Source: a virus (lineage: Duplodnaviria > Caudoviricetes). Taken from it: 45,901 bases of DNA. The notes beneath the pieces are model-generated. The model saw only the letters and a program-made list of their open reading frames with translations. It was not told the origin of the DNA and ran no database searches. Location of the stretch: positions 1 through 45,901 of the IMG/VR virus record IMGVR_UViG_3300033076_000875, one strand, 5' to 3'. Below, piece by piece: positions 44,699 to 45,901 of this stretch (positions are counted from its first letter, which is position 1; each line of letters begins with the position of its first letter). Made by a program: the position numbers and the translations under genes.

Positions 44699-44851
44699 CT
44701 ACGGGTTCCAAATGGCGTTGAAGGGCACCGCGAACTCGTCGGGAAGATTGCCCAAGGCAAGCAAAGACAAGGCTTCGCAGAAGTGCTCCTGCGCGCTCGT
44801 GGCCGAGTAGGGCGTCGGGAAATTCTTGGCGACGGTGAGGGGGTGCCTCAA
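44699..44851 (-). pseudogene. 50-codon frame resembling the C-terminus of a zincin-like metallopeptidase; probable gene remnant
   Basis: (TTG)RHPLTVAKNFPTPYSATSAQEHFCEALSLLALGNLPDEFAVPFNAIWNP*; PY..T...E.F.E motif without an upstream HExxH; flanked by 10-bp direct repeats. Confidence 0.4.
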
Positions 44852-45711
44852 CTCGACGCAATACCGTAGAACAAGTAGCCGATGGTGCGCTTGCCCGAGG
44901 GGTCAGCAACAGGAATAGCGAACGCAGGCCCCCACTTATCGTTGTGGTTGATGTCCTTGTCTGCGAACTTGTAGGCGTCGGCCCTCGACATAGGCTCTCG
45001 GCTGCGGAACACGAACTCGTGCTTCTCTGCGATAGTTCCGGTGTAAGACGCCTCGTACTCGGGTGCCCCACCCCAACCGTCGTCATCGTCAAAGTTTTCG
45101 GACTCCCAATCCTCACGATGCGCCGCAGCCGCATCTTCTTGAGCCTCGCGGAAGCACCGCTTCGCGTCCGAGCCTTGAACGAAGTTCATGAAGTCCGTCC
45201 CGCCCGCGACCTTCATGACGCCAAGGTTCTTCAAGGCATCGTGTCGAGACGCCACGCGCCGTGCCATGCTCTGCACCTTGCCTTGAGGGGAAGCAGTACG
45301 GGACTGCCCCTCCACGAATGCGAGAGCCTGCCGCAACTCGACGGCGAGGTTTGCGAACTGCTGCGGGTCGAGGACGACGTAGCCACCCTCGCCGTGCTTG
45401 CCCATGTCGATGCGGACACCTCGCCCGCCGCGCATGGGGGAGAACTCCAACTCGACCCCTGCCACGTCCACCTCGTAAGAGGGGTCGTCGTAGGTCGTAA
45501 AGCGCACGTCGGCGTTCTTGGCAAGCCCGCGCTCGTTCATCTTGGAGTAGACCGAGGCCCACGCCTTGCCCTCGTCTCCCGTCGAGTCCATGACGGAGTT
45601 GAGCACATGGATAGCCTGCCGTGCGGCGGTGTCCGAGACGTTCTTGTAGGTCTTCTTGAGTTTCTCGATGACCTTCTTCACGTCACCGGACTTCTCTGCA
45701 TCGTAGGGCAT
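44848..45711 (-). CDS. Mosaic hypothetical protein with ChaB-like N-terminal domain
   Basis: Probable start ATG 45711 (MPY...; GTG 45726 is possible); AARQAIHVLNSV....GDEGKAWA.V resembles ChaB; two further unrelated modules. Confidence 0.6.
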   Translation of the reverse strand: MPYDAEKSGDVKKVIEKLKKTYKNVSDTAARQAIHVLNSVMDSTGDEGKAWASVYSKMNERGLAKNADVRFTTYDDPSYEVDVAGVELEFSPMRGGRGVRIDMGKHGEGGYVVLDPQQFANLAVELRQALAFVEGQSRTASPQGKVQSMARRVASRHDALKNLGVMKVAGGTDFMNFVQGSDAKRCFREAQEDAAAAHREDWESENFDDDDGWGGAPEYEASYTGTIAEKHEFVFRSREPMSRADAYKFADKDINHNDKWGPAFAIPVADPSGKRTIGYLFYGIASS

Positions 45712-45753
45712 GGGCTTGGCTCTCACCGATAGGGGGTGGGGCGAGGCAGGGCG

Positions 45754-45901
45754 TTAGGGAAGAAGCCCTTGGAAGTGCGCGTAGAGCGACTCCGAAGCCA
45801 CTTGAGAGGGGGACATGGAGAGCACGCTGTGCATACCCTTTCGCATGTCTTGGCCCACCGTCAGAACAGACCTCATGGTTTCTGCGCTGACCCAATGGAG
45901 C
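45754..45901 (-). CDS. 3' end of a gene entering from the right edge
   Basis: Open frame LHWVSAETMRSVLTVGQDMRKGMHSVLSMSPSQVASESLYAHFQGLLP* ending in TAA at 45754. Confidence 0.5.
   Translation of the reverse strand, partial: LHWVSAETMRSVLTVGQDMRKGMHSVLSMSPSQVASESLYAHFQGLLP

Noticed and set aside
1-45901. Stop-codon recoding or alternative genetic code
   Set aside because: Genes are full length and tightly packed under the standard bacterial code; TAA, TAG and TGA all end genes; the tRNA is not a suppressor

Overview
GC-rich (roughly two-thirds G+C by eye) fragment of a large, probably jumbo, contractile-tailed bacteriophage genome. Most of the window (4836-41393, minus strand) is a tail/baseplate morphogenesis region. 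In transcription order it holds: tail tube, two putative assembly chaperones, tape measure, two tube-initiator-like proteins, a gp27-like hub carrying an inserted lysozyme-like domain, a gp5/VgrG-like spike, a 3606-aa giant virion protein, and gp25-, gpJ/gp6- and gpI-like wedge proteins. Further virion-type genes lie at the left edge. No sheath, capsid, portal, terminase, integrase or sigma factor gene was recognised in the window. Two islands of short accessory genes flank the structural block (about 1.7-4.8 kb and 41.5-44.1 kb). They carry an RNA ligase, a DenV/MSMEG_6728-like glycosylase, DUF3846, a DHH-like protein, tRNA-Leu(CAA) and an HNH pseudogene. The main signal is a bipartite element, GGGG(C/G)TTTCG-N16-CGTAC(T/C), found 8 times with an invariant 16-nt spacer, always just upstream of and co-oriented with an accessory gene. 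This suggests a phage regulon of promoter-gene cassettes read by an ECF-like or phage-specific sigma factor. Other observations: a candidate late-promoter motif, strong avoidance of AGCT/CCAG/CCGG possibly compensated by the UUG-reading tRNA, two decayed homing-endonuclease relics, and a repeated GACAA-loop hairpin. All product calls come from motif recognition and gene order, not from database searches.
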